Origin: Rothia mucilaginosa
GTDB lineage: Bacteria; Actinomycetota; Actinomycetes; Actinomycetales; Micrococcaceae
Reading direction: 5' to 3' (one strand)
Length of the DNA stretch: 64,000 nucleotides
Assembly (NCBI RefSeq): GCF_963539245.1
Contig: NZ_CAUTJW010000010.1
Of the stretch, positions 1-8,487 are shown in pieces. The translations under genes were made by a program, and so were the position numbers. The notes below the pieces were generated by a model that was not told where the DNA came from, ran no database searches, and saw only the letters and a program-made list of their open reading frames with translations. The stretch's first letter is position 1; every line of letters begins with the position of its first letter.

Positions 1-720
1 CACGTACCCCTCTACGCATCCCATGCACAATGCTGTTACCGCTGCAGGGGGTAGCGCCAGGAGCAGGAGGTCTTGTGCGTCTCTTAGCTGCAGACGCTGT
101 GGGGAGTATCCGTTCAGAAGCAGAATATTCTGAGTTCGCGAACGGACCGACAACCATCCCATGATTGCGGTACAGAAGAGCACAGCAAGGCAGATAAGGC
201 TCGTCAGAGAGCCCGAAGAAGTAACTGCCCCGTAGACAACACGCACCGGGTTAACGGAGGTAACTTTAACATCCATGCCTTGTTCACGGGCAAGGTTTTC
301 AAAAGCACGCACAAATTCTTGGCTACCCGCTAACGCATATTGGCCGTCAAGCGAGGAATCCCCCAGTGCTCGTGACGGATATTTTTTCCCGTGCTTATCA
401 GGGTCGAACCAATCGATAGTTTCACCGTCAGAGCTCAGTGAATTCGCCCCGAACACGTAGACGGATTTTCCGTGCCAGAAATCTTCGGGGTCGGCGACCA
501 CCTTGAGTAGCTGGGCACCATCGGCAGCGTAGCGATCCACCAGAGTATCAAAGTTCTGAATCAGCTCAGACTTAGACTGTTGCGAAGCACGGAGAGAAAG
601 CTGTGCCTGCACATTGGTACCCAGAGGAGTCTGCGTCTCCAGGACAGAGATGAGGGCGCTACCCAGCAGAAAGGTCAGAACCGTACACAATACTGCGCAC
701 ACTCTCAGAGCATTTTTCAT
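1..720 (-). CDS. FtsX-like (DUF1430-type, bacteriocin-associated) integral membrane permease, first 240 codons only; remainder lies outside the window
   Basis: Hand translation of the minus strand from ATG at 720-718 stays open to the window edge, so it is absent from the ORF track. MKNALRVCAVLCTVLTFLLGSALISV gives an N-terminal TM helix. An extracytoplasmic stretch of roughly 170 aa follows, then TM SLICLAVLFCTAIMGWL and SVRSRTQNILLLNGYSP, which is the typical FtsX-type layout. Confidence 0.5.
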   Translation of the reverse strand, partial: MKNALRVCAVLCTVLTFLLGSALISVLETQTPLGTNVQAQLSLRASQQSKSELIQNFDTLVDRYAADGAQLLKVVADPEDFWHGKSVYVFGANSLSSDGETIDWFDPDKHGKKYPSRALGDSSLDGQYALAGSQEFVRAFENLAREQGMDVKVTSVNPVRVVYGAVTSSGSLTSLICLAVLFCTAIMGWLSVRSRTQNILLLNGYSPQRLQLRDAQDLLLLALPPAAVTALCMGCVEGYV

Positions 721-1067
721 CGTTGAATCCCCGTCTGTAGCGGGTGGGTCTAAACTTCACCACCGCAGGCCTGGTGCTAGAAGACTACCACCTTCACAAC
801 CTAAATGGTATAGATTTTCGAATTATTTAGATTCAAAACATATATTTTTTTGCTAGTCAGCGGATTTTATAGTTTCTACAGTGCCTTTTCAGGCTTTCTG
901 AACGAAAGCTGGGAGTTTCCTGGATTAACGCTTAGAGAAACTTTAACCGTAGAATATTTCGGTAACAACAGTGTCACCTCCCCAACACACCGGGAAGTGG
1001 CACTTTTTTATGCGGGCTCGGAACCCCGGTGCCCGCCCCGACTATGAGTATCTACGGATTTTCACGA

Positions 1068-2534
1068 ATGTCTTCTGAGAACACCGCGGCTCCCCAGACC
1101 CCCAAGGCAGAAGCCAAGGGCGCACTGGACCGTTACTTCAAAATCACTGAGCGAGGCTCCACCATCGCCGCCGAATTCCGCGGCGGCCTCGCCACCTTCT
1201 TCGCGATGAGCTACATCGTCGTGCTGAACCCCCTCATCATCGGCCTCGGTAAGGACGCATCCGGCAACGACCTCGGCGTACCGCAGGTCGCAGCAATGAC
1301 CGCACTGGTCGCAGGCGTCATGACCATCCTCATGGGCGTCATCGCCAAGCAGCCCTTCGCCATGGCGGCAGGCCTCGGCGTGAACGCGCTGCTGGCAACC
1401 ACCATCGCCTCCACCCCCGGACTGACCTGGCCCGCCATCATGGGCCTCGTCGTATGGGCTGGTGTGCTGATGACCATCCTCGTGCTGACCGGCTTCCGCA
1501 CCGCAGTGTTCAACGCGGTCCCCGAATCGCTCAAGGTCGCAATCGTCGTCGGTATCGGCTTCTTCATTGCCTTTATCGGCCTCGTCAACGCGGGTATCAT
1601 CCGCCGTATGCCCGACGCAGCAGGCACCACCGTGCCCGTCTCCTTCGGCGTGAGCGGCCACCTGCTCGGCTGGCCCACCCTCGTCTTCCTCTTCGGCCTG
1701 TTCCTCACCATTGCGCTGTTCATCCGCAACGTGAAGGGTGCAATCCTCTACGGCGTGCTCGCCTCCACCGCCCTCTCCATCATCCTGGAGAAGGTCGTGC
1801 CCTCCGGTAGCTCGGTTAAGTCCCCCACCGGCTGGTCCCTGAACGTCCCCGTCTGGGACTCCAACACCAGCAAGCTGCCCAACTTCTCCCTGTTCGGCTC
1901 CGCTGACCTGTTCGCTGCCTTCGGCACCCTCGGCGGCATGGCTGCTGTTCTACTGATCTTCACCATCCTCATCTCCGCGTTCTTCGACGCAATGGGCACC
2001 TCCGTCGGTCTCGCAACCGAAGCAGGCACCATCAAGGACGGCCAGATCGAGAACGTCGACAAGGTCCTGCTCGTGGACGCCCTCGGCTCCGTAGCCGGCG
2101 GTGGCACTTCCTCCTCCTCCAGCCAGATTTTCGTGGAGTCCGCAACCGGTATCGGCGCGGGTGCACGCACCGGCTTCGCGAACGTCGTCACCGGCGCATT
2201 GTTCCTCGTCGCAATCTTCCTGTCCCCGCTGGTCACCATCGTGCCCTTCGAAGCTGTTGCACCCGCAATGGTGTTCGTTGGCTTCCTGATGATCCGCCAG
2301 GCAGTGAACATCGACTGGAACGACTGGGGCCTGGGTATCCCCGCGTTCATGACCATCATCTTCATGCCCCTGTCCTACTCCATCGCGGACGGTATCGGCG
2401 CAGGCTTCCTGTCCTACGTCTTCATCCGCCTGGTGCAGGGTCGCGGCAAGGACGTGCACTGGCTCATGTACGTGGTTTCCGCAGTGTTCCTCATCTTCTT
2501 CGCTAACGGCCTGATTACCGGCTGGATGCACTAA
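1068..2534 (+). CDS. NCS2/AzgA-family purine (adenine/guanine/hypoxanthine) permease, copy 1
   Basis: ORF 1029..2534 is polytopic, with GALDRYFKITERGSTIAAEFRGGLATFFAMSYIVVLNP and the FVESATGIGAGARTG motif. The start was moved to ATG 1068 (MSSENT) by alignment with the downstream paralog. Confidence 0.9.
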   Translation: MSSENTAAPQTPKAEAKGALDRYFKITERGSTIAAEFRGGLATFFAMSYIVVLNPLIIGLGKDASGNDLGVPQVAAMTALVAGVMTILMGVIAKQPFAMAAGLGVNALLATTIASTPGLTWPAIMGLVVWAGVLMTILVLTGFRTAVFNAVPESLKVAIVVGIGFFIAFIGLVNAGIIRRMPDAAGTTVPVSFGVSGHLLGWPTLVFLFGLFLTIALFIRNVKGAILYGVLASTALSIILEKVVPSGSSVKSPTGWSLNVPVWDSNTSKLPNFSLFGSADLFAAFGTLGGMAAVLLIFTILISAFFDAMGTSVGLATEAGTIKDGQIENVDKVLLVDALGSVAGGGTSSSSSQIFVESATGIGAGARTGFANVVTGALFLVAIFLSPLVTIVPFEAVAPAMVFVGFLMIRQAVNIDWNDWGLGIPAFMTIIFMPLSYSIADGIGAGFLSYVFIRLVQGRGKDVHWLMYVVSAVFLIFFANGLITGWMH

Positions 2535-2586
2535 ATACATCGGGTGCCGAACCCTCCACACGTGGAGGCGCAGGCACCAGCTGGGC

Positions 2587-2619
2587 GGGGTATCGGCACC
2601 TTTGGGGTGCCGGTACCCC
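2587..2619 (+). terminator. GC-rich hairpin downstream of permease copy 1
   Basis: GGGGTATCGGCACC-TTTG-GGTGCCGGTACCCC starts 53 nt after the stop. There is no clear T-tract, which is common in high-GC actinobacteria. Confidence 0.5.
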
Positions 2620-2737
2620 GCCCTGCGCTATTCTTCCCCAGCAGCCGACCTAACTACAGGAGCGGGGAAATACCACATCACCGACTGAACCGCCGCACAC
2701 AACGCGTTTTAACGGCACAAGCTACGCGGCGGCGCCT

Positions 2738-2756
2738 ACAATGGTTGAACCATTGT
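2738..2756. promoter_or_regulatory. Perfect 9-1-9 palindrome, candidate operator or RNA hairpin upstream of permease copy 2
   Basis: ACAATGGTT-G-AACCATTGT lies about 90 nt upstream of ATG 2847. Flanking CGCC/GGCG extend the symmetry with one bulge. Confidence 0.4.
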
Positions 2757-2846
2757 GGCGCCCGACCCGGGAAATGCACCCGCAAAATTTACCCGCGAAA
2801 CCGGCAGCGCAACAGTACACACCGAACAACATCAACGGATCCTCAC

Positions 2847-4295
2847 ATGTCTGAACCCCAGAAGGCGGCAGCACCCACCGGTGCGCTCGACCGCTACTTC
2901 AAGATTTCCGAACGCGGCTCCTCCATCGCCGCAGAATTCCGCGGCGGCCTCGCCGCGTTCTTCGCCATGAGCTACATCGTGGTGCTGAACCCCCTCATCA
3001 TCGGCCTCGGCAAGGACGCATCCGAACGCACCCTCGGTATCGCACCCGTCGCGGCTGTGACCGCGCTGGTTGCCGGCGTGATGACCATCCTCATGGGTGT
3101 TATCGCCAGGCAGCCCTTCGCCATGGCGGCTGGCCTGGGCGTGAATGCGCTGCTCGCCTCCACCATTGCCACCACCCCGAACCTGACCTGGGCAGACATC
3201 ATGGGCCTGGTCGTTCTTGCCGGTCTGATCATGACCGTTCTGGTGCTCACCGGCTTCCGTACCGCGGTGTTTGAGGCGGTCCCCGAGTCGCTCAAGACCG
3301 CGATTGTGGTCGGTATCGGCTTCTTCATTTCCTTTATTGGTCTGGTCGACTCCGGTATTATCCGCCGCATGCCTGACGCTGCCGGCTCCACCGTTCCGGT
3401 GACCCTCGGCGCGGGCGGCCACCTGCTCGGTTGGCCCACCCTCGTCTTCCTCTTCGGCCTGTTCTTCACCATCGCCCTGTTCATCCGTAACGTGAAGGGC
3501 GCGATTCTGTGGGGCGTGCTCGCCTCCACCGCGCTGTCCCTGATTCTGGAGGCGGTTGTCCCCTCCGGTTCCGTGAAGGAGTCGGCAACCGGCTGGTCCC
3601 TGAACGTGCCCTCCTTGGATGACATGAAGTTCACCACCCCGAACTTCTCCCTCATCGGTTCGGCTGACCTGTTCGGCGCGTTTACCCACATTGGCCCGCT
3701 GGCTGCTTCGCTGCTGGTGTTCACCATTCTGCTGTCGGTCTTCTTTGACGCGATGGGCGTTTCGGTCGGTCTTGCCGCCGAGGCTGGCACCATGAAGGAC
3801 GGCAAGGTTGAGGACATCGACAAGGTCCTGCTCGTGGACGCTTTTGGTTCCGTTGTTGGTGGTGGCGCGTCCGGTTCGGCGAACCAGATTTTCGTGGAGT
3901 CCGCTACCGGTATTGGTGCGGGTGCACGCACCGGTTTTGCGAACATTGTGACCGGTGTGCTGTTCCTGCTGGCGATTTTCATCTCGCCGCTGGTCACTAT
4001 CGTTCCCTTCGAGGCGGTTGCTCCGGCGCTGGTCGTGGTCGGCTTCCTGATGATTCGCCAGGCTGTGAATATTGACTGGACTGACTGGGGTCTGGGTATT
4101 CCGGCGTTCTTGACCATTATTTTCATGCCGCTGTCGTACTCTATTGCGAACGGTATTGGTGCCGGCTTCGTGGCTTACACCTTTATTCGTCTGGTGCAGG
4201 GCCGCGGCAAGGATGTGCACTGGCTGATGTACCTGGTCTCCGCAGTGTTCGTGATCTACTTCGGTATGGGCATCATTAACGGCTGGACTAGCTAA
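2847..4295 (+). CDS. NCS2/AzgA-family purine permease, copy 2 (tandem paralog)
   Basis: The C-terminal 482 aa of ORF 2544..4295 align along their full length with copy 1 (GALDRYFKISERGSSIAAEFRGGLAAFFAMSYIVVLNP). The upstream 101 codons are Arg/Pro-rich and non-protein-like, so the start was set at ATG 2847. Confidence 0.9.
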   Translation: MSEPQKAAAPTGALDRYFKISERGSSIAAEFRGGLAAFFAMSYIVVLNPLIIGLGKDASERTLGIAPVAAVTALVAGVMTILMGVIARQPFAMAAGLGVNALLASTIATTPNLTWADIMGLVVLAGLIMTVLVLTGFRTAVFEAVPESLKTAIVVGIGFFISFIGLVDSGIIRRMPDAAGSTVPVTLGAGGHLLGWPTLVFLFGLFFTIALFIRNVKGAILWGVLASTALSLILEAVVPSGSVKESATGWSLNVPSLDDMKFTTPNFSLIGSADLFGAFTHIGPLAASLLVFTILLSVFFDAMGVSVGLAAEAGTMKDGKVEDIDKVLLVDAFGSVVGGGASGSANQIFVESATGIGAGARTGFANIVTGVLFLLAIFISPLVTIVPFEAVAPALVVVGFLMIRQAVNIDWTDWGLGIPAFLTIIFMPLSYSIANGIGAGFVAYTFIRLVQGRGKDVHWLMYLVSAVFVIYFGMGIINGWTS

Positions 4296-4438
4296 GTCCA
4301 ACAGTCTACATATTTGCTGAGGGCAGGTTCCTGAGGCGGCTGAGAACGTAAGTTTTCAAGCTGTCGAAGGACCTGCCTTTTGTGTATCTGGTTCGCTCAT
4401 GCACGTTCCTTATCGTGCCCGGGCGCGGGCGAAAATTC

Positions 4439-4476
4439 ATGGCAGAATCATTCCGTTTCCGGTATGATTCTGCCAT
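4439..4476. repeat. Hairpin repeat, copy 1 (near-identical to the terminator hairpin at 5887-5924)
   Basis: ATGGCAGAATCATTCCG-TTTC-CGGTATGATTCTGCCAT has 17-nt arms with one mismatch. The same arms recur at 5887-5924. Confidence 0.85.
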
Positions 4477-5122
4477 GATGTCCGTTCAAGAGTATGCCCA
4501 AGAAGCTCAGGTTTCAGAGCGAAGCGTGCGCGCCCGCCTAGAACGCGGAATGCTCCAGGGGCGTAAATTGGGAAGCCGCTGGGTTGTCGACGCTCTCCCC
4601 GCAGCGCACCGCAGTAATGCTGGCCGCCCTATTTCCTTTGAATCATTCAACTCCCTGGCTCGCTACTGTGACGGGCAGTCGTCTGTTCTATCTGCTGAGG
4701 AACGCCGCAGGGCAAAAGAACGCGCCTCAGCAATTCAGGAACAGGGCTCAAGCTCCATTGAGCGCTACCGAGCCCGCCGCGGGCTGAAAGTGCATCATCT
4801 GCAGGCTCCTCCCGCTGAGATTCCGGCAATTTTGGAAGACCCTGCACTCTCCCTTACCGGCATTAGTAGCGATATTTCGCAGGTGTACGGCTCAATGGTG
4901 GATGCATACGTTTCAAGCCGGGACTTAGAGAACATCATTTTTCTCTACAATCTTCTTCCAGCTTCCGCGGATTCAGCGAACGTCATCTTGCGTGAATGCG
5001 ATGAGCCGCCCCATATTCTTCCCCTGCACGTGGCGGTAGATCTTCTAGATTTGGGGGATTCGCGAAGCACCGCTGAGGCAGAGCGTATTCTTCAAGATTC
5101 TGTTTTCAAGGAAGCGTCTTAG
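4475..5122 (+). CDS. Excisionase/MerR-type HTH DNA-binding protein (candidate antitoxin/regulator of the downstream nucleotidyltransferase)
   Basis: The N-terminus MSVQEYAQEAQVSERSVRARLERGMLQGRKLGSRWVV matches the excisionase-family HTH pattern. The stop lies 2 nt before the next ATG. G+C is visibly lower than in the flanks. The start is uncertain (ATG 4439, 4475 or 4478). Confidence 0.6.
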   Translation: MMSVQEYAQEAQVSERSVRARLERGMLQGRKLGSRWVVDALPAAHRSNAGRPISFESFNSLARYCDGQSSVLSAEERRRAKERASAIQEQGSSSIERYRARRGLKVHHLQAPPAEIPAILEDPALSLTGISSDISQVYGSMVDAYVSSRDLENIIFLYNLLPASADSANVILRECDEPPHILPLHVAVDLLDLGDSRSTAEAERILQDSVFKEAS

Positions 5123-5124
5123 TC

Positions 5125-5874
5125 ATGAACGCATCACCTATTTTGATTCCTGCTATTGGGGCAGAACGCGCCTCATGGCTTGGTCTGGCTGATATTTCAG
5201 AAATTATGCCGCAAGGATGGTCGTTGGCTGGCGGAAGCATGATGCGCCTGTTGGCTGCGGAACGAAGCTACGCAGGTTCTCGCTCCACCCACGATATCGA
5301 CGTTATTCTTGATATCCGCGCTTCCCGGGCGCATATTCGTCAGTTCCATGAGGCTCTTAGCAATGCCGGATTTTCAATTGCCGGGTTCAATGCATCCGGC
5401 CAAAATCACCGGTGGGTTCGCGGCGAAGCTCAGATAGATATCCTCATCCCTTCAGGGCAATCGGAGACTGCCCGCACCTATGAATATCCGGGGTTTGGCC
5501 GCCTACTAGAAACTCGTGGCGCTCAGTTTGGGCTTGAACGCACCCGTAAAGCATCTGTACTCTGCGCTAACCGCCAATTTACAGTCAACGTTCCTGATGG
5601 TTTGGGCGCCCTGTACGAGAAAGTATCAGCCCTGCTCAACAATGGAGATTCCGATAAAAGTCGACATTTCCGAGACATTATTCTTTTATCTTCGGTCCTT
5701 AATTCTCAAGAACGTCGAGATATCCTGACACTTTCTGGAAAACAGATATATCGCCTTTATGACGGTCTCTCAAGATCGATTCACGAACACACCGGCATTA
5801 TTTCTGACCGCGAGCTAGAGGTAGCCTCGCGCTTAGAGAACTATCTTGAAAAACTGCTAAAAGACAGAAGCTAA
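5125..5874 (+). CDS. Nucleotidyltransferase-fold protein, AbiEii/DUF1814-like (candidate type IV toxin / abortive-infection effector)
   Basis: The Pol-beta NTase signature LAGGSMMRLLAAERSYAGSRSTHDIDVIL (GG..., DxD) is present, and a later KVSALL...KSRHFRDIILL resembles the C-terminal AbiEii motif. The gene is tightly coupled to the upstream HTH gene. Confidence 0.55.
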   Translation: MNASPILIPAIGAERASWLGLADISEIMPQGWSLAGGSMMRLLAAERSYAGSRSTHDIDVILDIRASRAHIRQFHEALSNAGFSIAGFNASGQNHRWVRGEAQIDILIPSGQSETARTYEYPGFGRLLETRGAQFGLERTRKASVLCANRQFTVNVPDGLGALYEKVSALLNNGDSDKSRHFRDIILLSSVLNSQERRDILTLSGKQIYRLYDGLSRSIHEHTGIISDRELEVASRLENYLEKLLKDRS

Positions 5875-5886
5875 CCAAAACAAGAA

Positions 5887-5924
5887 ATGGCAGAATCATT
5901 CCGGTTTCGGAATGATTCTGCCAT
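5887..5924. terminator. Bidirectional rho-independent terminator (hairpin repeat copy 2)
   Basis: ATGGCAGAATCATTCCG-GTTT-CGGAATGATTCTGCCAT is a perfect 17-bp stem. It is flanked by AAAACAAGAA on the left and TTTCTTTT on the right, and lies between the convergent genes ending at 5874 (+) and 5963 (-). Confidence 0.85.
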
Positions 5925-5962
5925 TTCTTTTATGCCCGCACTATGCATGTGTATAAGGGGCG

Positions 5963-6406
5963 TTAGCGGACGTCACCATCCACATAGAACCAGGCGCCGC
6001 CCACCTTCTCAAAGCGCGACAGCTCATGCATGCTGCCCTTCACCCGCTCCTCCGCAGGAACACCCGGCACCGAACGGTAATACGCAACGAACTCCACCGT
6101 ACCGGACGCATCAAACGGGCCACCCGAAGCGCCCAGAATATCCAGGCGATACCAGCGGATATCATCCTCCAACTCCAAGACGGCCGGGCGAGTGCTCGGA
6201 TGCCAGCTCGCCAGCAGATACGCCGCATCCCCGGTCGCAAACGCGGTAAAACGCGAGCGCATCAGCTGTTCCGGCGCGGGAGCAGTCAGCGTGCCGGAGG
6301 CTGCAAACTCGCCCAAGAACCTGCCGCAGCAGGCGCCGTACACCTCGCCGCTTGAGCAGGGGCAGCGGTCATCATGGTTCAGTTCAACCTGGTTCAGTTC
6401 AGTCAT
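5963..6406 (-). CDS. ychJ: YchJ-family protein (UPF0225, SEC-C metal-binding motif)
   Basis: The 147-aa product has an N-terminal CPCSSGEVYGACCG SEC-C motif, plus RSRFTAF and an NTF2-like body. Confidence 0.8.
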   Translation of the reverse strand: MTELNQVELNHDDRCPCSSGEVYGACCGRFLGEFAASGTLTAPAPEQLMRSRFTAFATGDAAYLLASWHPSTRPAVLELEDDIRWYRLDILGASGGPFDASGTVEFVAYYRSVPGVPAEERVKGSMHELSRFEKVGGAWFYVDGDVR

Positions 6407-6558
6407 GCCACCCAGTATAAAGAAAGCGCCGCATCAAAAAGCACAGCGCAAAGAAACACCCGCTCCGCCGGGGATACACATCCTCCAGCAGAACGGGCGT
6501 TCTTGTTTTCAATCGTTAAGTTTGAGCGAACCTACACGGTACGCATCAGCGGCAACGC

Positions 6559-7986
6559 TTATTCAGCGATTGCGCGAGCCGGGGTGTCAGCAGCCGAAGG
6601 CTTGCCCACGTATGCGCCGCGGTACTTAGCAGCCGGGTGGGAGTCAGCAACCTTGGTGTGACCCTTACCGAAGATGTTCTCACGCAGGGTGTTGCCCTCG
6701 TACTCGGTGCGGTAGCGGCCGCGCTTCTGCAGCTCGGGAACAACGTACTCGATGAAGTCCTCGAAGGAACCCGGGGTGACGTGGTACGCCAGGTTGATGC
6801 CGTCCAGGCCGCCCTCGTCGATCCAACGCTCCAGCTCGTCAGCAACCTGAACCGGGTCACCAACGATGACCTCGCCCATGCCGCCGAGGGTGACGTGCTC
6901 AGCGATGGCCTTGCGGGTCCACTTCTTGTCCTTCGCCTGCAGGGTGAAGGGGGTCAGGAAGGACTGAATCGACTCGGTCTGCACATAGTTCAGGACCTCG
7001 TCCTCGTCGAACTGGGACAGGTCAACGCCGGACCAGCCGCCGAGAATGGTCTGTGCAGAGTCGAGGTTGATGTACTTCTTGTAGTCCTCGTACTTTGCCT
7101 TTGCCTTCTCCTCGGTCTCATCCACGATGATCGAAAGCATTGCAAGGATCTTCACGTCGTCGCGGCTACGGCCCTGCTCCTCTGCAGCGGCGCGAATACG
7201 GTCGGTCACAACGCGGGTCAGGTCCGGGCGCAGGGCGCTGATGAACACAGCCTCAGCGTGCTTACCGGAGAACTGCTGGCCACGGCTGGATGCGCCAGCC
7301 TGGAAGATCACGGGGGTGCGCTGCGGGCTCGGCTCAGTCAGGGAGATGCCGGGCACGGAGAAGTACTTGCCCTTGTGGCCAATCGGGTGGACCTTGGAGG
7401 GGTCAGCGTAGATGCCGCGCTCGCGGTCCTTGATGACTGCGCCGTCTTCCCAGGAGCCTTCCCACAGCTTGTAGCAGACGTCCAGGAACTCGTCAGCGAT
7501 GTCGTAGCGCTCGTCGTGCGGGATCTGGGTGGGCAGACCCTGGTTCTCAGCAGCCGACGGCAGGTAAGAAGTCACAACGTTGAAGCCGACGCGGCCCTCG
7601 GTCAGGTGGTCGAGGGAGGCGTAGCGGCGAGCCAGGGTGTAGGGCTGCTCGAAAGTAGCGGCAGCAGTCACGCCGAAGCCGAGGTGCTCGGTCACTGCAG
7701 CCATTGCAGAAATCTGGGTTGCGGGGTCATTCACGGGAACCTGAGCGGCACCCTCGATAGCGGGAGCGGCAGAGTTCTTGTACACGTCGTAGACGCCGAC
7801 CACGTCAGCGATGAACACGGCATCGAACAGGCCGCGCTCAAGGGTCTTAGCCAGGTCAGTCCAGTACTTGATGGTGTTGTACTCGGTTGCGCGGGAGCGC
7901 GGGTGACGCCAGAGGTCGAAGCTCTGGTGACCAATGCAGGTCATCTCGAATGCGTTAACTACGATGCGCTTCTTCTGCTCAGCCAT
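6559..7986 (-). CDS. LLM-class FMN-dependent monooxygenase (NtaA/SnaA/DszA family)
   Basis: The 475-aa product has KRIVVNAFEMTCIGHQSFDLWRHP and an overall luciferase-like pattern typical of this family. It is preceded by a SAM-IV riboswitch. Confidence 0.85.
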   Translation of the reverse strand: MAEQKKRIVVNAFEMTCIGHQSFDLWRHPRSRATEYNTIKYWTDLAKTLERGLFDAVFIADVVGVYDVYKNSAAPAIEGAAQVPVNDPATQISAMAAVTEHLGFGVTAAATFEQPYTLARRYASLDHLTEGRVGFNVVTSYLPSAAENQGLPTQIPHDERYDIADEFLDVCYKLWEGSWEDGAVIKDRERGIYADPSKVHPIGHKGKYFSVPGISLTEPSPQRTPVIFQAGASSRGQQFSGKHAEAVFISALRPDLTRVVTDRIRAAAEEQGRSRDDVKILAMLSIIVDETEEKAKAKYEDYKKYINLDSAQTILGGWSGVDLSQFDEDEVLNYVQTESIQSFLTPFTLQAKDKKWTRKAIAEHVTLGGMGEVIVGDPVQVADELERWIDEGGLDGINLAYHVTPGSFEDFIEYVVPELQKRGRYRTEYEGNTLRENIFGKGHTKVADSHPAAKYRGAYVGKPSAADTPARAIAE

Positions 7987-8104
7987 CGATTTTCCTTTCG
8001 CGAATGATCGGGGACACGATCGGGTTTGGACCCTGCACCCCGCGCGCCGCCTCCTGATGCCTTCTGCGTTCGGTGGTGGCCTTCGTGCAGGTGGCGCGTT
8101 CGCG

Positions 8105-8212
8105 CCGTACTTGCCTCATTCCGTTGAGGCCAGATCATCATCTGGGGCACCCCGCTACGGGAGAGGGTTGCCGCCCGGCTAGCCAGAGCTTAGCGCCGGG
8201 ACTCATGATCTC
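8105..8212 (-). promoter_or_regulatory. SAM-IV riboswitch in the 5' leader of the LLM monooxygenase gene
   Basis: The minus-strand RNA reads GAUCAUGAGUCCCGGCGCUAAGCUCUGGCUAGCCGGGCGGCAACCCUCUCCCGUAGCGGGGUGCCCCAGAUGAUGAUCUGGCCUCAACGGAAUGAGGC. It matches the SAM-IV consensus as I remember it almost block for block (GGUCAUGAGU..CCGGCAACCCUC..GGGGUGCCCCGGGUGAUGACC plus a 3' hairpin). Confidence 0.85.
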
Positions 8213-8385
8213 GTTGTTTGAGTGTACGGGGCGCGCGGGAGGGAGGTCACGTTTGTGACGAAAAAATCTTTTTGTGACGGGGAACCGAAATATTTCGTGA
8301 CAAATGCGAAATATACAGTCATAGAAATTCACACGCGCCCGCTGGGTTGATTGAGGCGTGGCACAGCCCATAGGGTTGAAGGAGC

Positions 8386-8482
8386 AAACCATCCAGAGCG
8401 ACTGAGAGACCTGGCTCCACGACGTCGCAGCAACCGGCACGGATTCTTCCGCCTCCCGGTGCTAACGCCAGGACCGATGGAA
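8386..8482 (+). promoter_or_regulatory. SAM-I-clan riboswitch (SAM-I/IV-like, no P4 evident) in the leader of the ABC importer operon
   Basis: The RNA reads CCAUCCAGAGCGACUGAGAGACCUGGCUCCACGACGUCGCAGCAACCGGCAC..CCGGUGCUAACGCCAGGACCGAUGG. It contains the S-box core blocks AUC-AGAG, GAGAGA/CUGGCUC, GCAACC and GGUGCUAA, and the P1 pair CCAUC/GAUGG. The 3' P1 strand abuts GGAAG and ATG 8488. Confidence 0.75.
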
Positions 8483-8487
8483 GTGAC

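Noticed and set aside
850-1067. Purine (guanine/adenine) riboswitch upstream of the NCS2 permeases; also checked 2535-2846.
   Set aside because: I could not find the conserved core (UAUAAU..AUAUGG..GUUUCUACC..CCGUAAA..GACUAUA) on the plus strand. Only a fortuitous GACUAUG at the start codon region is present.
2544-2846. N-terminal extensions of track ORFs. Examples: 2544, 1029, 9230, 11695, 21677, 23193, 33332, 37215, 42963, 47232, 51803, 55986.
   Set aside because: The extensions are Arg/Pro/Ser-rich, overlap upstream genes, riboswitches or terminators, and are absent from paralogs. Internal starts with SD-like sequences were preferred.
2832-4301. Long antisense or alternate-frame ORFs inside clear genes. 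Examples: 2832..4301(-), 2972..4126(-), 1062..1661(-), 6637..8007(+), 11698..13161(-), 13911..15101(+), 20379..21608(-), 46105..47196(+), 31953..33224(+).
   Set aside because: They are typical shadow ORFs of high-GC DNA. Their translations are Arg/Gly/His/Pro-rich and low-complexity, with no motifs. Each overlaps a gene with strong family signatures on the other strand or in another frame.
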